Source of the DNA: Methanotrichaceae archaeon
GTDB lineage: Archaea > Halobacteriota > Methanosarcinia > Methanotrichales > Methanotrichaceae
Direction: 5' to 3'
Assembly: GCA_963754945.1 (NCBI GenBank)
Contig: CAVWIG010000042.1
Location: 1-59,609, forward strand
DNA: 59,609 nucleotides
Below, in pieces: positions 51,296-59,609 of this stretch. The position numbers and the translations under genes were made by a program. The notes below the pieces were generated by a model that was not told the DNA's origin, did not search any database, and saw nothing but the letters and a program-made list of their open reading frames with translations. Each line of letters begins with the position of its first letter. The stretch's first letter is position 1.

Positions 51296-51778
51296 TCACC
51301 TGTGGTACGGCTCGTGGCGCATTATCCTGAAGCTGCGGTAGATCTGTTCTAGTAGGATCAAGCGCATCATCTGGTGAGGGAAGGTCAGTTTAGAGAAGGA
51401 TAGGACTAAATCGGCATGTTCTATCACAGAAGGTGCAAGTCCCAACGGGCCACCGATGATCCAGGTAATCTCCTTGCGCCCTTCTAGGATCTGCACCTCC
51501 AAAAACTTTGCTAGCTCCTCGGAGTCGATAGATTTGCCCTTTCTGTCGAGGGCGATCGTCAGGGTTTCGGTTTTGTTCAGCCTCTCCAAAATCGTCTCAG
51601 CCTCCTGTTCCATCACCCCTTCTTTCTCAGCCTGCGAAGCTCCTTCGGGCGTTCTCGCTTCGAGAACCTCTACAAGCTCTAGACGAACATAAGGCCGGAG
51701 CCTATTGGCATACTCTTCTACTCCATTCTGCCAATATTTTTCCTTAAGTTTGCCAACAGCGATTATCCTTAGGATCAT
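51296..51778 (-). CDS. rlmH: 23S rRNA (pseudouridine1915-N3)-methyltransferase
   Basis: AVGKLKE, IGGPLG, LSFSKLTFPHQMMRLILLEQIYR, PYHR. Confidence 0.95.
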   Translation of the reverse strand: MILRIIAVGKLKEKYWQNGVEEYANRLRPYVRLELVEVLEARTPEGASQAEKEGVMEQEAETILERLNKTETLTIALDRKGKSIDSEELAKFLEVQILEGRKEITWIIGGPLGLAPSVIEHADLVLSFSKLTFPHQMMRLILLEQIYRSFRIMRHEPYHR

Positions 51779-52040
51779 AGTGGGTGAACGACAAAACGAC
51801 GCTGACGTATATATTCATAGTGATAACTGCTCCCCTGCTGCAGGATGCACTGCTGAGTTTTAATTTGCTGGTAGAGGGGGTGCTCTTGTACTACGACTAA
51901 GTACTGGGACGAAAATACTAAATTGAAAATGCGCGGCCACGTATGGCCGCTCTAACACACTAAACTAAACAGCTCCGTTCAGATCTCCTTACCCAAAAGG
52001 CTGGTTGATGAATATGGCTTAGCCACAACAGCCGTTTCGC

Positions 52041-52835
52041 TCATCTGAGCATGCATATTGCCTTTGGCTGTCGGATCAGCAGGGCCAGGCTCTCGGATAT
52101 TGAGAACTCCAGGTCCTCACTCGCTGGGCCTATGTACCCTACAGACATGTCCTGGCCCAGAGCTATGGCAGCGAACTGTCGTCCGGATGCGAGCAGTAGC
52201 CCGCCGCTGTCAAGGATAGGTGCCTTGAATACACCATCCGTCATAGATCTGATCTGGTCCATCTCAGTGCCACCCTGCGGATAGCGGCGGAGCAGGAGGT
52301 TGTAGCGGCCCGGCGACAAAGCTAGGCTGTAAGGACCGTGGAATCCGGCACTATCAAGCATGGTCAAAGCATTTATGATCTCATCAGCAGCCTTTCCTAC
52401 CTCTTTCCAGGTGGAAAGCTTGAGCTCAGCCGCTCCCGAAGCTGTCAGTAGGCCTTGCGATCCCTGGGCGCCCTGGAAGATTATCTTGTCCTCAAGCAGG
52501 GCGCAATCTAATGCAGCAGCCGCCACAGGAGCGGTGTTGAAGGGCAGCCCTTCCTGCTCGCTTGCAGCAAGATCGCGCTTGCTCAGGACAAAGCTCTTCT
52601 GGATCAAACTGACAGGCACAAAGGAGCTGGTTATAATGCCGCTCTCTCCCTTGACGTCCTGTAAAGGCACACCTTTAAGCCCTAAGCCAAACGGTCCTTC
52701 CACGTGAAGCAGACGGCGGCCAGCCAGAACGCTCTTGGCAGCTTCAGTCATCGTTGCGTCCAGGACCTTCCAGATCTCTTCCCCAACGGGTGCATCTTCC
52801 CGTCCTAAGTATTTGTTATCCATAACTACCACCAA
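52041..52835 (-). CDS. Family 1 encapsulin shell protein (linocin M18-like)
   Basis: YLGREDAP, L.GRRLLHVEGPFG, EDKIIFQG, GPYSLALSP, LGQDMSVGY. Confidence 0.93.
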   Translation of the reverse strand: MVVVMDNKYLGREDAPVGEEIWKVLDATMTEAAKSVLAGRRLLHVEGPFGLGLKGVPLQDVKGESGIITSSFVPVSLIQKSFVLSKRDLAASEQEGLPFNTAPVAAAALDCALLEDKIIFQGAQGSQGLLTASGAAELKLSTWKEVGKAADEIINALTMLDSAGFHGPYSLALSPGRYNLLLRRYPQGGTEMDQIRSMTDGVFKAPILDSGGLLLASGRQFAAIALGQDMSVGYIGPASEDLEFSISESLALLIRQPKAICMLR

Positions 52836-52836
52836 A

Positions 52837-53199
52837 CTACTCTTTCAGCGATCCTATTGTTGATTCTTTGTTCACGGTTGCTGGAGCATCTACAGTCTTG
52901 GAAAGATCGCTTGCCATCTGGTCAACTTCTTGGGCTCCTTCTGCCAGGAAAGCATCCTCGTCTCCGGTCAGGATGCTTATAAGGCGTGCGAACTCACCAG
53001 CATGGACCCGCTCCTCGTCTGCGATATCCATTAGCACTTTCTTCGCAAGAGGATGATCTGTGGACTCGGCGTGGGCCAGATAAAGGTGGACTGCTTCATG
53101 CTCTGCGGCGAGGTCCAAGCGCAGGGCTCGGACCAGTTCTCCTAGTGTGAGCTGGCGGTCTGCCACCTTGCCGCTAAAGGGGTTTACAAACTCCGGCAT
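52837..53199 (-). CDS. Encapsulin cargo ferritin-like protein (EncFtn-type)
   Basis: EHEAVHLY...DEERVHAGEF di-iron motif; C-terminal cargo-loading peptide TIGSLKE. Confidence 0.92.
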   Translation of the reverse strand: MPEFVNPFSGKVADRQLTLGELVRALRLDLAAEHEAVHLYLAHAESTDHPLAKKVLMDIADEERVHAGEFARLISILTGDEDAFLAEGAQEVDQMASDLSKTVDAPATVNKESTIGSLKE

Positions 53200-53425
53200 T
53201 TTTTATCTCCTCAATTTAGATATCAAAATTAAGATTCGCATCTAACCGAATATTTCCTTTAACCTATAAATCTATTCTAACCTAAATATCCTTTTCGGTC
53301 TTTGATTCCAGTTCTTCCTGAATGTTTCTGTCAAATTGAGACCGAAAGCTCTCGGATCAATAAGAGTTGAGGGGAACGGCTGTGTGAAACATTTATCTGC
53401 TAGAGGAACCATCTAGATCGGCGGA

Positions 53426-53974
53426 TTGAAGATGAAAGGTCTTAAAGAATTGTTGGGTTTTGGTTTGAGAAAGCCTTCCCGCGGCTATGAGGATCCCAGC
53501 GACCCGAAGACTTGGTACAACAAAGGTGTTGCACTTATGGTCGAGGGCAGCTTTGAGGAAGCCATCGATTGTCTCGAAAAGGCAGTCGAACTTGACCCTA
53601 TGAACGTAAAAGCCTGGAATAACAAAGGCATATCTCTTCTCTCCTTATGTCGCTATGAAGATGCCATAAAATGCATAGATGAGGCTATAAAGATTGATCC
53701 TAACCACGCCTTCTACTGGTACAACAAAGGCATCTGCCAGGATCGCCTAGGTCTTTGGGATGAAGCGATAGAGTCCTTTGATGAAGCCATTAAGCAATAT
53801 CCCAAGTACGCTGAGGCATGGTTCAACAAAGCAGTGGCTGAAGGGTCGAGAGGCGATAAGAAAGAAGCCATCGATTCTTGGCGGAGATATTTGAAGGTAG
53901 CAGCGAACAACAAAACGCAGAAAGAGTGGATGCCTAGAGCACTGGAAAAGCTGGCAGAGCTGGAGAAGACATAG
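53426..53974 (+). CDS. TPR repeat protein
   Basis: Four WYNKG/WNNKG/WFNKA repeats. Confidence 0.9.
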   Translation: MKMKGLKELLGFGLRKPSRGYEDPSDPKTWYNKGVALMVEGSFEEAIDCLEKAVELDPMNVKAWNNKGISLLSLCRYEDAIKCIDEAIKIDPNHAFYWYNKGICQDRLGLWDEAIESFDEAIKQYPKYAEAWFNKAVAEGSRGDKKEAIDSWRRYLKVAANNKTQKEWMPRALEKLAELEKT

Positions 53975-54097
53975 ACTCTATCCCGGAAAATTCAGTTCTC
54001 CTGCGCTAAAAACACCCAATAATAAACAGATCCAGACTTCAACGCAAGGTTACATTTGCGAGATGTTATTCAAATAATAATATAGATAAGATCTTAG

Positions 54098-54187
54098 GAG
54101 GACTCCTAAAAACTCACTCAAATGATTCCCTTGTTTATAAACCATTAATATAGGCCTGCACTGAATCGGGGGTTAATAGGAGTCCTC
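54098..54187. mobile_element. 90-bp MITE related to the IS5 element
   Basis: TIR GAGGACTCCTAAAAAC / GTTAATAGGAGTCCTC; TSD TTAG. Confidence 0.85.
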
Positions 54188-54223
54188 TTAGATTCGAACG
54201 TCTTAGATCCAGATGTTTGTACC

Positions 54224-54775
54224 TTAATCTATGTGCACAGAATTTACCAGGCGATCGGTAGATTCCTGGTCATAAGTTGAAAGTATTATTGCTAATGTGC
54301 TTGGCACTATAGCAGGGCTTGAGCCATCAACGCAATAAACCGCAACATGCAATATACTGTCGCTCTTGCAACCCAAACCATTGCCGAATACTCCAGTTTT
54401 TCCGTTAATTTCTCCGGTATTAACCCGAATATCCTTGCACGAACCAGATTTAATCAGCGTGCTGTTGGCCAGATTCATCAAATTAGATAGTTTTGCAATG
54501 CTTGAATTCCATTTTGCGTACTTCATAATGCTTATCTTAATCGTCTTCAGGGGATCTTCATCTGATTTAAGCGTCAACGTATCGGTGTAGATCTTTACTT
54601 TGTTATCTTCGTTATCAGCCTGCGAAACGCTCTTCGAGTAGCCATCAGCATCTGACCAGTCGAAGCTTACTGTCCATCTGCCGCACTGCTCTGAGACGTG
54701 CGACACGGAAGCCTCCACTGCTCCCGTCAGCACCACCAGAACCACCAGCGCTGTTAAGAGACAAATTCGGTCCAT
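54224..54775 (-). CDS. Secreted hypothetical protein
   Basis: Signal peptide ending VEA. Confidence 0.7.
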   Translation of the reverse strand: MDRICLLTALVVLVVLTGAVEASVSHVSEQCGRWTVSFDWSDADGYSKSVSQADNEDNKVKIYTDTLTLKSDEDPLKTIKISIMKYAKWNSSIAKLSNLMNLANSTLIKSGSCKDIRVNTGEINGKTGVFGNGLGCKSDSILHVAVYCVDGSSPAIVPSTLAIILSTYDQESTDRLVNSVHID

Positions 54776-54893
54776 TGTTCTTCCTCCATCATGATCGCAG
54801 ACATGATCACAAACGATTGCTGAACGATATATAAGAAGTATCGGTATCTTTAAGAATATCTGAAACGATCCAAATTTAAACCATAATAATGGG

Positions 54894-55508
54894 CTATTCT
54901 AGGCTATCACGCTTCTTAATGCTTTGCAGTAACGACTTACCTACAGCCAGGCGGGCATGCGCGTCTGATAGCAGGCCTGTGAAAATATCCCGCCTCGATG
55001 CTTTGACTATCGTGGATACGTTCGTCATATCTCCTTGGAACTTTTCATCGAACTTGACGGCAAACGGCTCGTAGTCCGAGTATTTTTTATTAAAGGCCCC
55101 GAGCGATGTGTTCAGCACCTCATACTGACTAATGGATTCATTCCTTAGATCCTGCTCGGTGCTTAGAAGAGCGAGGTTGTAGGGCTCTTCGATGGACGCC
55201 AGGTCCCCTTTCAGGATGTTCTTGGTCATTATAATGCTGGCGTAGCTTCCAGCTCCTGCTACGAGGACCATAAGCAATGCTGTGACAACTACCAGTTTTT
55301 TGTCCTTTCGCTTGATCCTCTCGCAGGTATTACGCCCGATAAGGTTGTAGAACCCGCATACTCCAGTGGCTGCCTGGAAGACCATGACAACCGCCAGAAG
55401 GTAGAGCACCATCTGCCATGCTTTTCCCATCCAGAAAAAGGCAATCATAATGCAAAGCTCTGCTAAGAATGCCCTGACTAGCTTGTCCATGGTGCCGAGG
55501 TTTTTCAC
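54894..55508 (-). CDS. DUF2892-like membrane protein with C-terminal helical domain
   Basis: MKNLGTMDKLVR...GVCGFYNLIGRNTC. Confidence 0.75.
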   Translation of the reverse strand: MKNLGTMDKLVRAFLAELCIMIAFFWMGKAWQMVLYLLAVVMVFQAATGVCGFYNLIGRNTCERIKRKDKKLVVVTALLMVLVAGAGSYASIIMTKNILKGDLASIEEPYNLALLSTEQDLRNESISQYEVLNTSLGAFNKKYSDYEPFAVKFDEKFQGDMTNVSTIVKASRRDIFTGLLSDAHARLAVGKSLLQSIKKRDSLE

Positions 55509-55659
55509 GAGGGTTGAATTCGATAAGGGCTATTTAGAGTTTGTCTATTGACCAGAGAACATAATGACAGGATCGCTATGTTGTTCAAACTCTTATCTAC
55601 AACCTTACCTAAGTCTCAAAGCTAGGTTCTTATTTTACCCATAGTTTAACTGCGCATGG

Positions 55660-55937
55660 TTACCTTCGCCACTCGTAACCCTTGGCTTCATCCAGGTAGG
55701 CTCGGCATCTTGGAGTCAATCTGTAGCAGTCCTCCTCTTGCTCAACAAGCAGAGCCTTCTCCAAAAGAGATAGGTGGTCTTCAAGCTCTTTGTCATCCAG
55801 TCCCAACCCCACTCCAATCTCTCTCATCCTTTTCAGCTCGAAACCGATGAAATCGAGGGTCTCCCTTCGGATATCCAACTCGAGGCCACAAGCTCCTCTC
55901 GATGAAGAGCGCCCTGCTCGATGTATCTTTGTTCCAT
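55660..55937 (-). CDS. Small winged-helix-like protein; probable frameshift near the 5' end
   Basis: MEQRYIEQGALHREELVA / LELDIRRETL...HLSLLEKALLV...YRLTPR. Confidence 0.5.
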
Positions 55938-56203
55938 AACATCTCCAAAAGTCTTTGTAGGATTCTGTATTATCGGCTCGATTCCATATATTTTTTCTCG
56001 GAACTTCTAACTGCAGAAACATATGCAGGAGTCAGAAGATCACGTCCTAAGACCTATTTTCGATTGGCTGTATCTTAAAGAAATTGAAAGCCCAATATCA
56101 AGATCCAAGTTCTTCGTGGTCAAAAGCTTATTAACCGGCAGATCCGACAAGTACATGTCGAGAAGGATACAGTGCTAACTGACAATATCATTGAGGTTAT
56201 GAA

Positions 56204-56926
56204 ATGAGGATACTCATCGTTCTATTAGCTTTAACATTGTTTGCCGGGTCTTCCCTATGCCAAAACACCGGTAAAGAAGCCGGGCAGAATGACAGCTCTC
56301 CGTCACAGAATCCTGCCTTGTTGAGTTCTGCAATGTCCGATTCAGCCCCGATGGGGCCATTATCGGCAGGAAAAGCAGCAGAGATCCAAGGAATATGGTC
56401 GATCAATCTGAAGGGCACCGATCAGGTCACAATGGTCCTGCACCAGATTGGCGAGGATCTGTTCGGCTCATGCAAATCAGAGTCTTCCGGCTGGAATGCA
56501 GTTGTTCTGGGCTCAGTCTACATGGCACGCTTGGAGCTTATCACAACAGCGATTGAAAACAACTCCCTGACTTCTACCAGGTTTACTGGCACATTTCAGA
56601 ACGAATCCATCTCAGGTTCTTTTGTGAAGTCGAATGATATTGGGAACGTCGATAGCGGCCTGTTCAAAGCAGTGCTTATTAACAGAGACCTGTCCGGTTA
56701 TTCGCCAGCAAAACCAATCAACATGGCACACCCGTCGATCAGTGCATCCGTTTCAGCGCCAGCTCCTTCAGACGTTTCTCCATCTTCCGGCCAGACCCAG
56801 CCTAAGCAGCTAGGGAATCCAAAGTACGTTGACGTTCATTCCATGTCAGGATACGTGCCGGAGTCGTTGGGAGTTGGTTTTGTTGGAGACGGGACAATGG
56901 GAGCAGGCGGATCGAGCATGGGCTGA
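56204..56926 (+). CDS. Secreted hypothetical protein
   Basis: Signal peptide, beta-rich core, Pro/Ser linker. Confidence 0.72.
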   Translation: MRILIVLLALTLFAGSSLCQNTGKEAGQNDSSPSQNPALLSSAMSDSAPMGPLSAGKAAEIQGIWSINLKGTDQVTMVLHQIGEDLFGSCKSESSGWNAVVLGSVYMARLELITTAIENNSLTSTRFTGTFQNESISGSFVKSNDIGNVDSGLFKAVLINRDLSGYSPAKPINMAHPSISASVSAPAPSDVSPSSGQTQPKQLGNPKYVDVHSMSGYVPESLGVGFVGDGTMGAGGSSMG

Positions 56927-57030
56927 AAGCCAGTACGATCATCTCGGTTTATGAATAGACAGTGCTCCCCTTAATCCTGCATCTCGACTATTTGTATCTC
57001 GAAGTTGGTTGAAGGGACTGAGAAGATTGA

Positions 57031-57678
57031 TTGGATAACATGAGATTCAAGAGATTATACGATATAAGCGTCCTCCTGGGATCGGAGAATGCCGATTACC
57101 CAGGGGATCATCCTTATACTAGAGTGGAAGCCTCATCGATATCATACGGAGCAGCCTACAACCTTTCTACCCTGACGCTCAGTGCACACTCTGGAACCCA
57201 CATAGATGCACCAGCTCATTATCTGGAAATGGCAAAGACTATTGACCTGTATCCTCCTGAGAACTTTGTACTTCCTGCCCATGTGATCCATGTCGAAGAC
57301 GTAGAATCGATCAAGCCCGATTCTCTGGACGGATTGAAGACGGAAAGGGGCGACGCCTTGCTCTTCAAGACGACAAACTCCAAGAGCGGTTTGTCCAGAA
57401 GCGGTATATTCTCGGAGAAGTTTGTGTACCTGTCGGAAGAGGCTGCCGACGCGTGCGTGAATCTTGGGGCTGGGTTAGTTGGAATCGACTACATATCTAT
57501 CGATCGCTACGGAGACGAAATGGCTCCTGTGCACTACAAGCTGTTGAAGGAAGGAATTTTGATCCTCGAAGGAATCAACCTGATGGATGTGCCTTCCGGA
57601 GATTACACCCTCCTATGCCCTCCACTGAAGATGAAAGGTGCAGAAGCTTCCCCAGTCAGGGCTTTGCTCTTGGGGTGA
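57031..57678 (+). CDS. Cyclase family protein (kynurenine formamidase-like)
   Basis: HSGTHIDAPAH, GIDYISID, ILEG, EASPVRA. Confidence 0.92.
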   Translation: MDNMRFKRLYDISVLLGSENADYPGDHPYTRVEASSISYGAAYNLSTLTLSAHSGTHIDAPAHYLEMAKTIDLYPPENFVLPAHVIHVEDVESIKPDSLDGLKTERGDALLFKTTNSKSGLSRSGIFSEKFVYLSEEAADACVNLGAGLVGIDYISIDRYGDEMAPVHYKLLKEGILILEGINLMDVPSGDYTLLCPPLKMKGAEASPVRALLLG

Positions 57679-57784
57679 GGTTTGGTACTCTCGATGGGTG
57701 CTCGGTGGAGCTTACCGGAAAGGGCAAAGCGAGTATGGACAGGACAAGCTGCAAACACTACTTGTCCTTTGCGCTCCTTTCTTG

Positions 57785-58250
57785 TTTTTATAATACTTAA
57801 TTTCTATTTTTGAATCTAATTTCTCTCCATTTAGACCTTTTAATATTTCCGCCAAATTTCTCCCTTTTATTTTGCTTTCAACAAGGTTGCATCCTTTGTT
57901 TAGGCCTAAAATCACTGGATTGGCATTTGATTTCATTCTAGATACAAAGTAGCCTCCATTGTTCTGAATTTTAGAAAATAATGCATATTTATAAAAACCC
58001 AGGTCAACTAAAATAATTCGATCCCGTATCCATGATCCAATCCTTAATGTCTTTATATCATTCATACGCTCTGGAATAATCGAAATGCTCTTTGGGCCAT
58101 TAGCTTTGGCACTAACCAGCACGCTGACTTTCACACCTGCGGCAACTGTTTTAGATCGTGCGGCTGGCCATTTATCCGCAAGTATCTTATTTAAGCGTAT
58201 TATCGTGCTATCTTGAATAAAAACATCTGAAAAACAATTCAGATGTGGGT
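57785..58250 (-). mobile_element. IS4-family transposase internal fragment
   Basis: FIQDSTIIRL, AAGVKVS, LVDLGFYK, YFVSRMK; AT-rich; no clear ends. Confidence 0.8.
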
Positions 58251-58328
58251 CTAGGGACGAATGATCTTCTCGGATATCTTTAATAGCTTGTACTATCTAA
58301 TGATTCTACAGGTATTGTAAAAGGGAGG

Positions 58329-59378
58329 ATGGAAATGTCTACAGATCGGATCTCAATGTGTCTTGCTATACTTCTGATATTGCCTCTTCTTGGCACAGTC
58401 TCCATGGTCGCTGCAGATTCTGGTAACTTCACCCGTATTTCGGAGTTGAACGACAGCACTGTCAATAACGTGCTGAAAGAATTTCCTCTGTTTGTCCTTG
58501 ATTGTTATGTTCCAATGTGCGGACCATGCACGGTTGCGAATTCGACCCTTCTCGAGCTTTCCGGCGAACTGAATGCTCAGGTGGCTATCGGTCGGATTAA
58601 TGTTCAAGAGAATAATGTGACGAAGAATAAGTACAGAATTTTTGGGTATCCAACGCTCTTGATATTCAAGAATGGAACCCTTGTTGACAAGCAGGTAGGG
58701 TTCCGGTCGAAGTTGGAGCTTGTGGATTTACTTAAGAAATCCAAACCCGGTCTGGACGTCAGCCACGTTAATCTGGTCGTTCAGCCTCAAATAATAGCTC
58801 CGCCAGGGGAGATCGCACTGGCCGGGCTCGGCCAAGCTAAACCGGTTTTGCCGATGCTCGTAAACGACAGCAACCTACAGTCCGCTCTTAATAAATATTC
58901 CTTCTTCGTCTTAATGAGTTATGCAGATTGGTGCGGCTACTGCAAGAGGATGAACGGCACAGTCTCAGGGCTTTCGGCTGATCTGAAAGGCCAGGTGGCA
59001 TTCGGCCTGGTCAATGCAGAAAAGAATAACGAAACCAGAAATAAGTATAATATCACGGCCTATCCAACCCTGATGATCTTCAAGAATGGAACCCTAGCTG
59101 AAACTCAAATAGGCTACAAATCAGAGTCTGAATTTGCATTAATCCTTAAAAAAGTGGAGCCCAACCTTGACATCAGCAGCATTAAACTCACAGTCCAACC
59201 TCAGGCGCCAGTCGCTCCATCGGTGCCAAGCTCCAAACAGGCGATGATAGGTGCTGGTTCGGAGACTGATGCCACGCTAAGATACCTTGATAGAATTTTG
59301 AATATGACGCAGAGCAACCGCACTTCCGGGGTTACGATCAATGTCTTCATCATAAATGGTTGCCCTAGCAATAGATAG
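58329..59378 (+). CDS. Exported protein with two thioredoxin domains
   Basis: Signal peptide; CGPC and WCGYC active sites; two YPTL.IFKNG motifs. Confidence 0.9.
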   Translation: MEMSTDRISMCLAILLILPLLGTVSMVAADSGNFTRISELNDSTVNNVLKEFPLFVLDCYVPMCGPCTVANSTLLELSGELNAQVAIGRINVQENNVTKNKYRIFGYPTLLIFKNGTLVDKQVGFRSKLELVDLLKKSKPGLDVSHVNLVVQPQIIAPPGEIALAGLGQAKPVLPMLVNDSNLQSALNKYSFFVLMSYADWCGYCKRMNGTVSGLSADLKGQVAFGLVNAEKNNETRNKYNITAYPTLMIFKNGTLAETQIGYKSESEFALILKKVEPNLDISSIKLTVQPQAPVAPSVPSSKQAMIGAGSETDATLRYLDRILNMTQSNRTSGVTINVFIINGCPSNR

Positions 59379-59390
59379 AAAGTTCAGAAG

Positions 59391-59426
59391 AGCCGAGGGA
59401 TATCAACTGTTTCAGCTCCCTCGGCT
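59391..59426. terminator. Stem-loop downstream of the thioredoxin gene
   Basis: AGCCGAGGGA ... TCCCTCGGCT perfect 10-bp stem. Confidence 0.5.
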
Positions 59427-59609
59427 TAATGCATTTATAGTCGAGCACCAAAAGATTGAACTATAGTGTTTAACCCAAAATTTGAATCTAATGATCGCTA
59501 TGCATCGCTTGGTCCAATCACATGTTAAGTGTAACTCATTGGATTAAGCACTATCATAATCGCAATAGACAGCTTCATCGATTAGTATAGATCCTTTGGT
59601 TTTGACGGC

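Noticed and set aside
51130-51296. rlmH 3' end as an integration site (SCCmec-like)
   Set aside because: No recombinase or att-like duplication nearby

Overview
The window has an archaeal backbone: PAN, aMBF1, two PAC2 proteasome chaperones, DUF473, AMP phosphorylase, Sua5 and ADP-forming acetate-CoA ligase. By gene content and protein style it is most likely a Methanosarcinia methanogen, Methanothrix-like (inference, not verified). The first ~7.3 kb is a bacterial-looking island with intact hypF(3' end)-hypC-hypD-hypE, a soluble TAT-less [NiFe]-hydrogenase related to group 1h (Hhy) but with atypical L1/L2 motifs, and its maturation protease. It is followed by damaged flavin reductase-rubredoxin, rubredoxin and flavodiiron (FprA) genes. 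This is notable because Methanothrix is classically hydrogenase-free. The 8-32 kb region is mostly a decaying accessory zone: IS66, IS5 and IS1 elements, MITEs, a Ku remnant, and five co-oriented fragments of a PolB2-like polymerase interleaved with redox/stress genes. The 33-59 kb region is mostly housekeeping and metabolic genes, plus an AguB-AguA fusion and an encapsulin/ferritin-like cargo operon. No rRNA, tRNA or CRISPR array was seen. Family calls are from motif recognition by eye; no database searches were run.
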